This document shows positions 52,663-62,004 of a stretch of DNA of 64,000 bases, piece by piece. The stretch covers positions 15,004,001-15,068,000 of the forward strand of contig CP075496.1 of assembly GCA_021613535.1 (NCBI GenBank), given 5' to 3'. Within the stretch, counting starts at the first letter, position 1, and the number at the start of each line of letters is the position of its first letter. Both the position numbers and the translations under genes were made by a program. Source of the DNA: Adineta vaga (Eukaryota; Animalia; Rotifera). A model generated the notes under the pieces. It searched no databases, was not told the DNA's origin, and was given only the letters and a program-made list of their open reading frames with translations.

Positions 52663-52723
52663 TTGAGGAAGTGTATCGATGGGATTCATTTGTAAATATG
52701 CTATCCACACCCACACCCTCAAG
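52663..52723. repeat. Telomere-like hairpin junction motif (copy 16)
   Basis: TTGAGGAAGTGT ... ATCCACACCCACACCCTCAAG. Confidence 0.85.
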
Positions 52724-52915
52724 ATTTTCTTTCTTCCTTCTTCTGTAGTTAGGACAATAACGTATGGTGAAATAACATAGTAACGGAAAAAAATAAAACG
52801 CACTGCATAGAGTTCTTTTTTTTTCATCACCGATCATATTTTCTTGTTGCTATAGATGTGAAAGAACAGAAAGCGAAAAAAAACACAGAATATGTTATTT
52901 ATGTAAAGAAGAGAA

Positions 52916-53791
52916 ATGGCAACTGCTTCAACATCATCAAGAACTAAAGCGTCCATTCCTCATTTGAGAGAAGAGAGATTTTTGTTTCCAATCACAATAG
53001 CACCCACACCCTCACCTTCACCTTCACGTGTAACAAATGACGACAAAGTAGCATTCTACTTACGAAATGGTCAATTTACGAAAACCTACGCCTATTTACA
53101 TATAGAACCCAAAGAGAAAACAGTCGCTGATGTTGTCGAAGAAGCTGCTCGAGGAATTATCGAAGAAGGAGCTAGCCTTGGCAAGGAAAAAGAAGCTCAA
53201 GAATTGGCTGATCAACTCCTCACCGTCAAACACTTTGGTGATAAACTATTAACGAGTATCTGGACAGACATACCTTCACAGATTGGTGAAACATGTGTTC
53301 ATCTCTACACGAAAGAGTCCTTCTGGTACCGACTGATTAATCAAACTCTTCGTCATTGTGAGACAGCCACACCTGAACAAGTTAAATCAATGGGACCATT
53401 CTGCTATCTTCTGAACAAATATCTCGAGAAGAATGCAACAACTGATGTATTAACTACCTACCGTGGTCTAACTCTCACGGATGAAGAGCGCAAAGCTTTT
53501 ATGAAGAAAAAGATGACATTCGCAGCTTTCACATCGACCAGTAAAAGTCGAGTGCAAGCAGAGCAGTTTGGCAACACACTGCTCATCATTGATTTGAATG
53601 TAAAGTGCAAAATTGGGAATCCTGATCAAAATGTTCGATGTGTCACTCATATTTCTCATCTCTCTGATTTCCCGAATGAAGAAGAGGTCTTAGTGTGGCC
53701 TTGGAGAGTATTTCACTTTGTTAAGTATGAGTTTGATACTGTAAAGAAAAAACATGTTGTGTATCTGAAATCTGCAGATTCTAATTACTAG
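52916..53791 (+). CDS. R-S-E clade mono-ADP-ribosyltransferase, intronless
   Basis: LYTKESFWYRLINQTLR, TYRG, FTSTSK, SDFPNEEEVL. Confidence 0.85.
   Translation: MATASTSSRTKASIPHLREERFLFPITIAPTPSPSPSRVTNDDKVAFYLRNGQFTKTYAYLHIEPKEKTVADVVEEAARGIIEEGASLGKEKEAQELADQLLTVKHFGDKLLTSIWTDIPSQIGETCVHLYTKESFWYRLINQTLRHCETATPEQVKSMGPFCYLLNKYLEKNATTDVLTTYRGLTLTDEERKAFMKKKMTFAAFTSTSKSRVQAEQFGNTLLIIDLNVKCKIGNPDQNVRCVTHISHLSDFPNEEEVLVWPWRVFHFVKYEFDTVKKKHVVYLKSADSNY
53001..53027. repeat. Junction motif C-rich arm (copy 17) inside the ART ORF
   Basis: CACCCACACCCTCACCTTCACCTTCAC, translated as APTPSPSPS. Confidence 0.65.
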
Positions 53792-54128
53792 GAAACAACA
53801 GATCTGTCTGTTTGCTCTTATTTTAAATATATATATATGCATATATATTTGTTGAAATTAGTTTTTCCTGCATTATATTTGTTCATATTCTATAGTACAA
53901 CTTTGTGCATTCTCTCTACATGTACCAATCTTCTCAAACTCTACCAAATTGCCCTTTCATCGACACAATTTCAATTAGAGTGATGTTATTTCGAGTAAAC
54001 ACATCTATCGGACTAGTTCGGAATAGATGAAAATTATGAAAAAAAGTATTCCTCTCATAATAACGAGACTTTGCGGCATAACTTGAACCATCAATACCTC
54101 GACAGAATAAAAGAAAAAGATAGAATAT

Positions 54129-54297
54129 TGTCACGGCATTTTGCCGTGATATCTCATGAGTCAAGGCATTCCTTACTCATGTGTATATGATTCCTGAGTC
54201 ATGTATACATGAGCAAGGATATATATACGCGCTTCGCTTATGCTTGAGGGTGTCTTCCCTATTGTATTCTCTTTGATCACAATACATACTCATCACA
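54129..54297 (+). repeat. 5' LTR
   Basis: TGTCACGGCA...TCATCACA; contains TATATATA. Confidence 0.97.
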
Positions 54298-54298
54298 A

Positions 54299-54313
54299 TG
54301 GTGCACTGGCCGG
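54299..54313 (+). promoter_or_regulatory. Primer-binding site, tRNA-Gly(GCC)-type
   Basis: TGGTGCACTGGCCGG one base after the LTR; complementary to a tRNA-Gly 3' end (..CCGGCCARTGCACCA). Confidence 0.8.
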
Positions 54314-54374
54314 TCTACTGTAACCACTGAACAGTAGATCCTCCACATCAAACAATATTGGTCTCCTCTACTAT

Positions 54375-57300
54375 ATGATCCAAGAAGAAATACGTCAAGC
54401 TCGAGAACGTGCTGCCAAACAAGCTGATCAACGTGACCAACGCTCCGAAGCCCGCAACCAAACAATATCACGTTCTACTTCAACTACTTCCAAACCAACA
54501 AAAAATCTTTCAGTATCTTCTGAACTTCAAACTCCACCACAACATATTGTATCTCCAAATCCTGTCCCTGCTGCTATTGAATCAACTATCGATATTCCAA
54601 ATAATAATCTCCAATTAGAATCCGTCAACTGTGGTACAGAATCGCTTCTCTCTCAAAACACTACTCAAAACCACAACGAAATTATAAATATTAAGCCACC
54701 TGTCGAAGTCAAACACGAATCACTAGATTCTCCTATGGATTCCCATCAATCCAAAGCCATAATTGATAGTATTCCAACTTTTTCTGGAAATACACAAGAA
54801 AACGTTAACGAATGGTTAGAACTCGTCTCCCTCAAATTTGATATTCTTGGATATGATCAAGCACAGAGACGTCGTTTTATACCACAATACTTGACTGGAA
54901 ATGCTGTTAAGTGGCATCTAGCTCATCGTGACGGTCTTGCCAATTGGAATGAATATACAACAGCACTCACTGCTGCATTTCCTCAGACAAATGTCACCTC
55001 ACGTGATATGAACCTGCAAAACCTATGTAACCGCAAACAACAACAAACAGAACCATTTGTTGACTACTACGCTTCTATGCTTGAACTTTGTCGTCAACAT
55101 GATCCAGACATGGCAGATGTCCAAATTGTGGACTGGTTAAAAGCTGGTATGAAGAACTTTCTATATGAACGTCTTCAAGGTGAAGATTTTACTACACCTC
55201 AACTTCTCTTGGCTCGTGCTCAACGTCTCGAATTGGATCATGCTGTTCTTCAAGCTCGTAGAAATGGTTATGATTCTTCCTCATTTACTACTCCCAACAA
55301 TACAACATCTGAACCAATGTATTCTACTTGGCATGACAATCCATCATCATATCAATCTTTTTCCAATCAATCTGTCATGCCATCGTACCCATCACCATTA
55401 ATGTCTACTCCTGTTCCGTACCACACAAACACATTTACATCTCCGCACAACATCATCACCTCGTTCGCGTTCATCACGCCGTCCTATTATATGCTACACC
55501 TGCAATCAACCTGGTCATATCTCTCCGCAATGCCCACTACGCCCAAAATACTAAAGGGAGCCCGAGATGGTCGTGCCTCCCTCACCTCAATCAATCCATC
55601 ACTCATCGTCGTTTCTACATACATTAATGGTAATATTATTCCCGCAATGATTGATACAGGTGCTACTCATACATTAATAACCTATTCGCTTTTCAAATCT
55701 ATTTCTTCTGCTCGTATTGAAAAATCCTTCGCTACTACTGCTATGCTTGGTGATGCATCCACTACTATCAAAGTTTACGGTTCGGTTCCCCTATGCATAT
55801 ATATTAATCACATACCTACACATGTTTCAGCATTTGTTGTCGATTCCTTAGGTGTTGATCTTATTCTAGGACTCGATTGGTGTCGTACATATGATGTCAC
55901 AATCCGTGTTCGTCAACAACAACTTCTCCTGCACCATCCACAATTTGGCTATACAACCGTCTCATTTCAAGATCAATTTTCAATTCCTGTTCGTCTTAAA
56001 CAATCGATTCAACTTGCTCCTCACCATGAACATATTGTAACCTTAGTTACACCTTTATCATCTGCTCGTCAAGTAATTTACACTCCCGAATCAAACTTTT
56101 GCAAACAAAAGAATATTTTTATTCCAGAAGCAATTTTAAATATTAACTCTTTTGAAACTTCTATTGTCATTTCTAATCTTGTCAAAACACCATGTACATT
56201 GCGCAAAAATACAATCATTGGATTTATTAATTTCTTTCCTAGTCTATCTACTTCAACCAAAATTAGCGATCTTTCTTCTTCTCAAACTACAGCCTCCCTT
56301 ATCAGTCTCTCTTCCGTCATAACTAGCCTTCCTTCAGAGGTCGATTCAGTCATTCAAAACTTAGTTTCCTCTATATCTGATCCAACTGAACGAAATATTT
56401 TTTCCACCATTCTTCAACGGTATCGTCGAGTATTTGATACATCTCAACATACGATTGCAAAAACCAAACTTCCTCACGTCATCATTACAGGGGATCATTC
56501 ACCAATTAGCGTTCGTCCTTACTATCGCAATATTCAACAGCGTAAAGAACTTCAACAAGAAGTTGACAAACTCATCCTCGATAACATTGTCCGGCCGTCC
56601 ACTTCTCCTTGGTCCTCTCCAGCTTTATTGAAAAAGAAACCAGATGGTACTTTCCGTTTTCTCGTTGATTTCCGTCGACTCAATAAAATTACGAAGAAAG
56701 ACGCATATCCTCAACCCTCAGCCGAAGAATTAATTTATCGTCTTTCAGGACATAGCTACTTCACTAAACTTGATTTAAAAAGTGGTTATTTCCAGATTCC
56801 TATTGCAGAAGCGGATAAAGAGAAAACAGCATTCGTAACACCTGATGGACATTATGAATTTAATGTTCTCCCTCAAGGTCTTACGAATGCTCCTGCTAGC
56901 TTTCAGCGTGTGATGAACAATCTTCTTGCTACTGGTCGTTGGGATTATGTCGTTATCTATCTTGATGACATTGTAGTTTTTTCTCATTCATTGGAGGAAC
57001 ACGAGCGGCACGTCGATGAAGTCTTATCTATTTTGAACAATGCTCACTTCAAAGTTTCTCCATCTAAATGTACCATCGCCGCAAGAAAAATTGAGTTTCT
57101 TGGCCACGTAGTCACTTCAGCTACGGTTGAACCTTCACCTGATAAATTACAAGCCATTCTAGATATTCCACCACCACGCACATTATCACAAGCTAATCGT
57201 TTCCTTGGCAAAATTGGCTACTACCGTAAATTTATAGATGATTTTGCAAATATCGCCGCTCCACTTCATAAAGTCACCAACAAGACTCGAACCAAGCGAG

Positions 57301-59270
57301 ATGAGTTTTACTGGCATGCAGAACAACAGGCTGCGTTTGAAAAATTCAAGAAAATTCTCACTAGTGCTCCACTCTTTCTTCACTTTCCAGATTCTTCTCT
57401 TCCTTTTATTTTATCTACTGATGCTAGTCTTACACGTATTGCTGGTATACTCAAACAAAATACTCCTAGTGGTATGAAGATTTGCTACTATAAGTCTCGA
57501 CTGCTGTCAGACACCGAAACTAGATATTCGGCTACTGAACGCGAAGCACTTGCAATTTGCTGGTGTTTGGAACAACTTCGATCATGTATCGGCACTTCAC
57601 CAATCACAATAGAAACTGACCATGAACCTCTCTCAAAAATCGATAAAAATTTCACTATCCGCAATAAAAGAATCGATTATTGGTTTCTAAAACTACAGGA
57701 TATTCTGCCGCAAATTACTGCAATTAAATATCGCCGAGGAGTTGATAATGTTGGTCCTGACTTTCTTACTCGATATGAACCACTCCAAGATGAATCGTCC
57801 TTGTCACTATCAACTCCTTCTGTGGCTCTTCCACCACGAACCCTACCGTCACCAGCAATTGACAATAACTGGCCCGCCGGTACTGAAAATTGGGACCAGA
57901 TTGTTATCTCTCCTGTCGTAACTCGATCAAAAGCTCGAGCCATTTCTAATTCGAGTTGTAACACTTCTTCTACTACCACAAATGAGGATGATGGTGATAC
58001 TCTTATTTCAACTGATCTAACTTCACCTAAAAATCTTAGTCTACCACATATTCGCCAAGAGCAACATTCTGATCCTGAGATCTTTAGTATCACAGAACGC
58101 CTACGACAGAACCCTTCTGATTCACTATTTATCTTAAAAGATGACATGGTCTATCGCGTTCTCTCACCTGGAAAACATTCTAATCCTTCTACTGCTATAT
58201 ATCTTCCAAAATCTCTCCTTTCTCTTGTTCTTCATTTATATCATGATCACCCATTAAGCGGTCATTTTGGTGTTCATCGTACACTATCTCGAATTCGCGG
58301 AAAATACTGGTGGCCTAAAATGCACGCATCTGTTCGAAATTATATTGCCTCCTGCTCCCAATGCATACAACACAATATATCTCGAATTAAACCTCCGGGT
58401 CATCTAAAATCAATCACTCCTCCATCGAGTGTTTTTCAAATCCTACACATGGACTTTTGGGGTCCCGTCCGTACACCTTCCGCTAATGGTAATCGATATG
58501 TGCTAGTCCTTACGGACAATTTATCTAAATATGTGATAGCTGAAGCTCTACCCGACTGCACTGCTAAAACAGTCGCTCAAGTCCTGATCGATCGATTTAT
58601 CCTTATTCATGGAGCTCCAGAACGAATCATCACCGATAACGGCACTCACTTCAATAACCACCTACTGCGTAGCATCACAAACTCCATGAACATACCTCAT
58701 GCATTCTCCGCTGCGTATCATCCGCAAACGAACGGCCAAGTCGAGAGATTCAACGCAACTTTCGCTACCCAACTGGCCAAATATTGTGATGCGGATAAAA
58801 CAGACTGGGACAAATTTCTTCCATCGGTTGTATACGCTTACAATACCAGTGTCCACTCCACAACTCAACTAACCCCATATGAACTTGCTTTTGCGCGTCA
58901 CCCAAAAAGTCCTTTCGATCCTATTTCTCCTACCATCACATTACCCCCTTTCCACTCTTTTTATACATACCTAACACAAGCCCGACAACTTCTAACCAAT
59001 ACAGCGCGGACCAACATATTACAACAACAGTCTCATTGGCAACAACGGTACAACAATCATCGGCTCAACATCTCCTACCACAATGGTGACCTTGTTTATG
59101 TACATGTCAGTAATGGTCGTTCCAAACTCGATGCTCGCTATCGGGGTCCATGTACTGTTATTGACGTATCTGGTACCCAACACTATCTCGTACAGGATAA
59201 TCATACCGGTGCACAAGACTGGTGTCACGTTAATCAGCTATTACCTGCTATTAATCGTCATTCATCTTAG
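54375..59270 (+). CDS. Gag-Pol polyprotein
   Basis: Retrotrans-gag region, protease IDTGA, RT YLDD, RNase H TDAS, integrase HHCC and DDE (MDF, TDNG, VERFN). Confidence 0.97.
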   Translation: MIQEEIRQARERAAKQADQRDQRSEARNQTISRSTSTTSKPTKNLSVSSELQTPPQHIVSPNPVPAAIESTIDIPNNNLQLESVNCGTESLLSQNTTQNHNEIINIKPPVEVKHESLDSPMDSHQSKAIIDSIPTFSGNTQENVNEWLELVSLKFDILGYDQAQRRRFIPQYLTGNAVKWHLAHRDGLANWNEYTTALTAAFPQTNVTSRDMNLQNLCNRKQQQTEPFVDYYASMLELCRQHDPDMADVQIVDWLKAGMKNFLYERLQGEDFTTPQLLLARAQRLELDHAVLQARRNGYDSSSFTTPNNTTSEPMYSTWHDNPSSYQSFSNQSVMPSYPSPLMSTPVPYHTNTFTSPHNIITSFAFITPSYYMLHLQSTWSYLSAMPTTPKILKGARDGRASLTSINPSLIVVSTYINGNIIPAMIDTGATHTLITYSLFKSISSARIEKSFATTAMLGDASTTIKVYGSVPLCIYINHIPTHVSAFVVDSLGVDLILGLDWCRTYDVTIRVRQQQLLLHHPQFGYTTVSFQDQFSIPVRLKQSIQLAPHHEHIVTLVTPLSSARQVIYTPESNFCKQKNIFIPEAILNINSFETSIVISNLVKTPCTLRKNTIIGFINFFPSLSTSTKISDLSSSQTTASLISLSSVITSLPSEVDSVIQNLVSSISDPTERNIFSTILQRYRRVFDTSQHTIAKTKLPHVIITGDHSPISVRPYYRNIQQRKELQQEVDKLILDNIVRPSTSPWSSPALLKKKPDGTFRFLVDFRRLNKITKKDAYPQPSAEELIYRLSGHSYFTKLDLKSGYFQIPIAEADKEKTAFVTPDGHYEFNVLPQGLTNAPASFQRVMNNLLATGRWDYVVIYLDDIVVFSHSLEEHERHVDEVLSILNNAHFKVSPSKCTIAARKIEFLGHVVTSATVEPSPDKLQAILDIPPPRTLSQANRFLGKIGYYRKFIDDFANIAAPLHKVTNKTRTKRDEFYWHAEQQAAFEKFKKILTSAPLFLHFPDSSLPFILSTDASLTRIAGILKQNTPSGMKICYYKSRLLSDTETRYSATEREALAICWCLEQLRSCIGTSPITIETDHEPLSKIDKNFTIRNKRIDYWFLKLQDILPQITAIKYRRGVDNVGPDFLTRYEPLQDESSLSLSTPSVALPPRTLPSPAIDNNWPAGTENWDQIVISPVVTRSKARAISNSSCNTSSTTTNEDDGDTLISTDLTSPKNLSLPHIRQEQHSDPEIFSITERLRQNPSDSLFILKDDMVYRVLSPGKHSNPSTAIYLPKSLLSLVLHLYHDHPLSGHFGVHRTLSRIRGKYWWPKMHASVRNYIASCSQCIQHNISRIKPPGHLKSITPPSSVFQILHMDFWGPVRTPSANGNRYVLVLTDNLSKYVIAEALPDCTAKTVAQVLIDRFILIHGAPERIITDNGTHFNNHLLRSITNSMNIPHAFSAAYHPQTNGQVERFNATFATQLAKYCDADKTDWDKFLPSVVYAYNTSVHSTTQLTPYELAFARHPKSPFDPISPTITLPPFHSFYTYLTQARQLLTNTARTNILQQQSHWQQRYNNHRLNISYHNGDLVYVHVSNGRSKLDARYRGPCTVIDVSGTQHYLVQDNHTGAQDWCHVNQLLPAINRHSS
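55542..55582 (+). promoter_or_regulatory. Putative -1 ribosomal frameshift signal
   Basis: Heptamer C CCA AAA, 6-nt spacer containing the gag TAA, then stem AGGGAG...CTCCCT. Confidence 0.65.
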
Positions 59271-59559
59271 TGTTATTGATCGTCCAATTTACTGTGAAGT
59301 TTACTGGGATGTGGCAGCCCATATATATCACATCAATCATCATACTATTTATTTCTACATGTCATTATTCTTTCCTCTTTCTTCATTTCATTCTTACACA
59401 TACCATCATGCGAGTTGTGGCAGCTCGTATCATCATGGTTTACATGACTCATTCTCAATATACAACATTCTTGTCCATTCTGATTCCTTACATCATTGTT
59501 TATTTTTTATCATATATATACTCTCATTACTTGAGTATCTTATATACTTTCTTTTCATC

Positions 59560-59901
59560 ATGAAGTTTTTTCTTCTACTTTTCATTTTGATACAATTACA
59601 TCTCCTCAATGGCTCATGGTTCTCACCAAAAGTTGCTTCTCCTACCTCAGATGTCCACGTCAATGTTGTTAACCATGTCGCCGATGTCGTGCATAATTAT
59701 TCGAATCAATTTCAACCAACATGGCGCGATTACTCCATTATCTTTCTTCTTATTGTGGTTATTGGATCTTGTCTCATCGGTTGCTGTTGTCTGGCCTTTG
59801 TGTGCTTATATCGTCGGCTGCTGTTCCAACTTCTTCATCGCACTCCTACTACAGCTCATCATTCTGATAAGCCTACCACTCCTGTCTACATGATTACATA
59901 A
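59560..59901 (+). CDS. ORF3: 113-aa type I membrane protein in the env position
   Basis: Signal MKFFLLLFILIQLHLLNG, short ectodomain, TM followed by CCC and RR; lies between pol and the PPT. Confidence 0.75.
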   Translation: MKFFLLLFILIQLHLLNGSWFSPKVASPTSDVHVNVVNHVADVVHNYSNQFQPTWRDYSIIFLLIVVIGSCLIGCCCLAFVCLYRRLLFQLLHRTPTTAHHSDKPTTPVYMIT

Positions 59902-59997
59902 ATGCGCGTATTATGGCCATCATTTATCTTTTTTTTCTTCTTTTCTCTCTTTTTCTGTTTTTCAACATTTTTTCGCTACCATGTGCTCTGCTTGTTT

Positions 59998-60009
59998 GAA
60001 GGGGGGAGG
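59998..60009 (+). promoter_or_regulatory. Polypurine tract
   Basis: GAAGGGGGGAGG abutting the 3' LTR. Confidence 0.9.
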
Positions 60010-60178
60010 TGTCACGGCATTTTGCCGTGATATCTCATGAGTCAAGGCATTCCTTACTCATGTGTATATGATTCCTGAGTCATGTATACATGAGCAAGGA
60101 TATATATACGCGCTTCGCTTATGCTTGAGGGTGTCTTCCCTATTGTATTCTCTTTGATCACAATACATACTCATCACA
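60010..60178 (+). repeat. 3' LTR
   Basis: Same sequence as 54129-54297. Confidence 0.97.
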
Positions 60179-60765
60179 AATATCATTTGTATTTGAATCA
60201 AATTCCACAAATCAATTGATGATCATCAACTCCAGAAAATCGAGAAATATATTTTTCATATAGGGGGGTCTATCTTATGCCATCGGCTGATCACCATCTC
60301 TTATTGCTAAAATAAAATAATGATTTTTGTTATACCCTGAAGCTTATCTCGACCGCCTCTTAATTATAATTTATTACTCAGATTGACGTGTTTTGGGGGA
60401 AAAAACTACCTTAATTTCTTTAGTCATATCATGATCAACCATTTTCTGACACAGTTGACACGTAATCTATAAATAAACTTTTCATACACTACTATTATCC
60501 ATTTCAAAATAAAAGACGTGATTGTTTTTCCAATAACTTTATCATAATGATAGCTAGTAATGACGATGTTTTCGAATTTAAATTTAGTAGATGTTCTTGA
60601 AATATTCGATCTATTTGAATAAAGTTTTTTATTGACGATGATGAATATTGAATTGAACACCAACAGCGATAACTATAAACTACCGATAATCATTCATTTC
60701 GATATTTCTTTTCAAACTTTGTACTTTCACTAGTAATACACACATAGTTGGTATCATCAACTTAT

Positions 60766-61504
60766 TCAATGGAAAGAAAATGAATCACTCAACAACCATG
60801 GTATGATTTTCATAGTAGTATTTGTCGTTGTACAATCAATCATATTCTTTTGTTCGAAGTTTTTTCTCAATTTTACCATCCGTTTAGTACAAATACTCAA
60901 GATTACTGTCAGTACGACGTTTAATAATACCGAGAATAATGACAACATCTTCGCTTTCTTTATAGGTAACATTATTGGATATTTATTAGCAATCGTAGTT
61001 GTTGTATTATGATTTATTTGAATCAAATTCACTAAACATCTTAAATACTTTATTATCAAGAAAAAAAAGATTTTACTTCTTATAACTTTTTATGTTATGT
61101 TTATCTTCTTCTTCTTCTTGATCTTGGAGTAGAATTGTTGTTAGATTTTTTTATGGATTGATGTTGTCCAGTTTGTTGCATTTTTGTTCTATGTATAGGT
61201 GTAAATAGATATATAAACATAATTCTAATCGAAAAATACTGACAAATCATCTTTGAAAATTTTCACTGAGTCAATAAATTTTATTTTTCAGATGCTTTTA
61301 TAAATAAACTAACATCTCGTTCATTGATTTTATCTTAATGAAAAAGAGATTCTATTATAGATTAATCGCAACAACAAATGATGGATCATCTTGAATTCGT
61401 CGTGGAACATCAGAACCCAAAAAGAAATATAAACGTTTTCAATCATTATCACTGAAATAATCTTGAATTTTTAATATAGAAGCACGTAAATCACGAGGAT
61501 CCAT
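60766..61504 (-). pseudogene. Death-effector-domain-like protein pseudogene
   Basis: MDPRDLRASILKIQDYFSDND*KRLYFFLGSDVPRRIQDD...IESLFH*DKINERD; multiple stops. Confidence 0.5.
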
Positions 61505-61739
61505 CGATTTTGATTGAAAAGAAAAGAAAGTGGAATCAATGATTGTTTGCATTTTTTATTACACAATCTTCTATTTCATTATTGTAAAAAGAAGATTTTA
61601 TGAAGTAATTACATCATACCAATATAATTACAATGTATATCACAAATTTCTTAGACGTGAGAAAGAATGAGAAAGCTATGATGTTTCGATTACATCGCTT
61701 TGTAAATCAACGGAAGATTATTTTGCTACAGACAAAAAC

Positions 61740-61769
61740 GTTGCGGGTTCGATCCCCGCCGAAGCACCA
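61740..61769 (+). pseudogene. tRNA 3'-half fragment ending in CCA
   Basis: T-arm GCGGG-TTCGATC-CCCGC followed by CGAAGCA-CCA; no recognisable D-arm. Confidence 0.55.
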
Positions 61770-61912
61770 CTTAAATCGAACGTGCACTCTTTCTCTTTAT
61801 TTTTATTATAATTGAGTAATATTTTTTACTTGTTTAACATTTATTCACCGTTTTATTTCTACTGTTATTAATTCAATATATAAGAAACTTGCAAACGATT
61901 GCTTATCGCCTA

Positions 61913-61922
61913 GTGCACATTA

Positions 61923-61954
<32 letters not shown>

Positions 61955-61961
61955 GGCCCCT
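61913..61961 (+). ncRNA. U6: U6 snRNA, 3'-truncated
   Basis: AAAATTGGAACGATACAGAGAAGATTAGCATGGCCCCT matches conserved U6; the expected GCGCAAGGATGAC continuation is missing. Confidence 0.9.
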
Positions 61962-61981
61962 AGGTTGTGGATGTGTAAGTG
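61961..61981. repeat. Junction motif G-rich arm (copy 18) at the U6 breakpoint
   Basis: TAGGTTGTGGATGTGTAAGTG. Confidence 0.65.
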
Positions 61982-62004
61982 AATCTTCGGATAAACGGTA
62001 ATTG

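Larger units (their letters stand above)
54129..60178 (+). mobile_element. Full-length Ty3/Gypsy LTR retrotransposon
   Basis: 169-bp TG...CA LTRs that look identical, AATAT TSD (54124-54128 and 60179-60183), PBS, PPT, PR-RT-RH-IN order. Confidence 0.98.

Noticed and set aside
59083-59559. N-terminal extension of the 272-aa ORF overlapping pol
   Set aside because: Low-complexity read-through; the credible protein starts at the signal-peptide Met at 59560.
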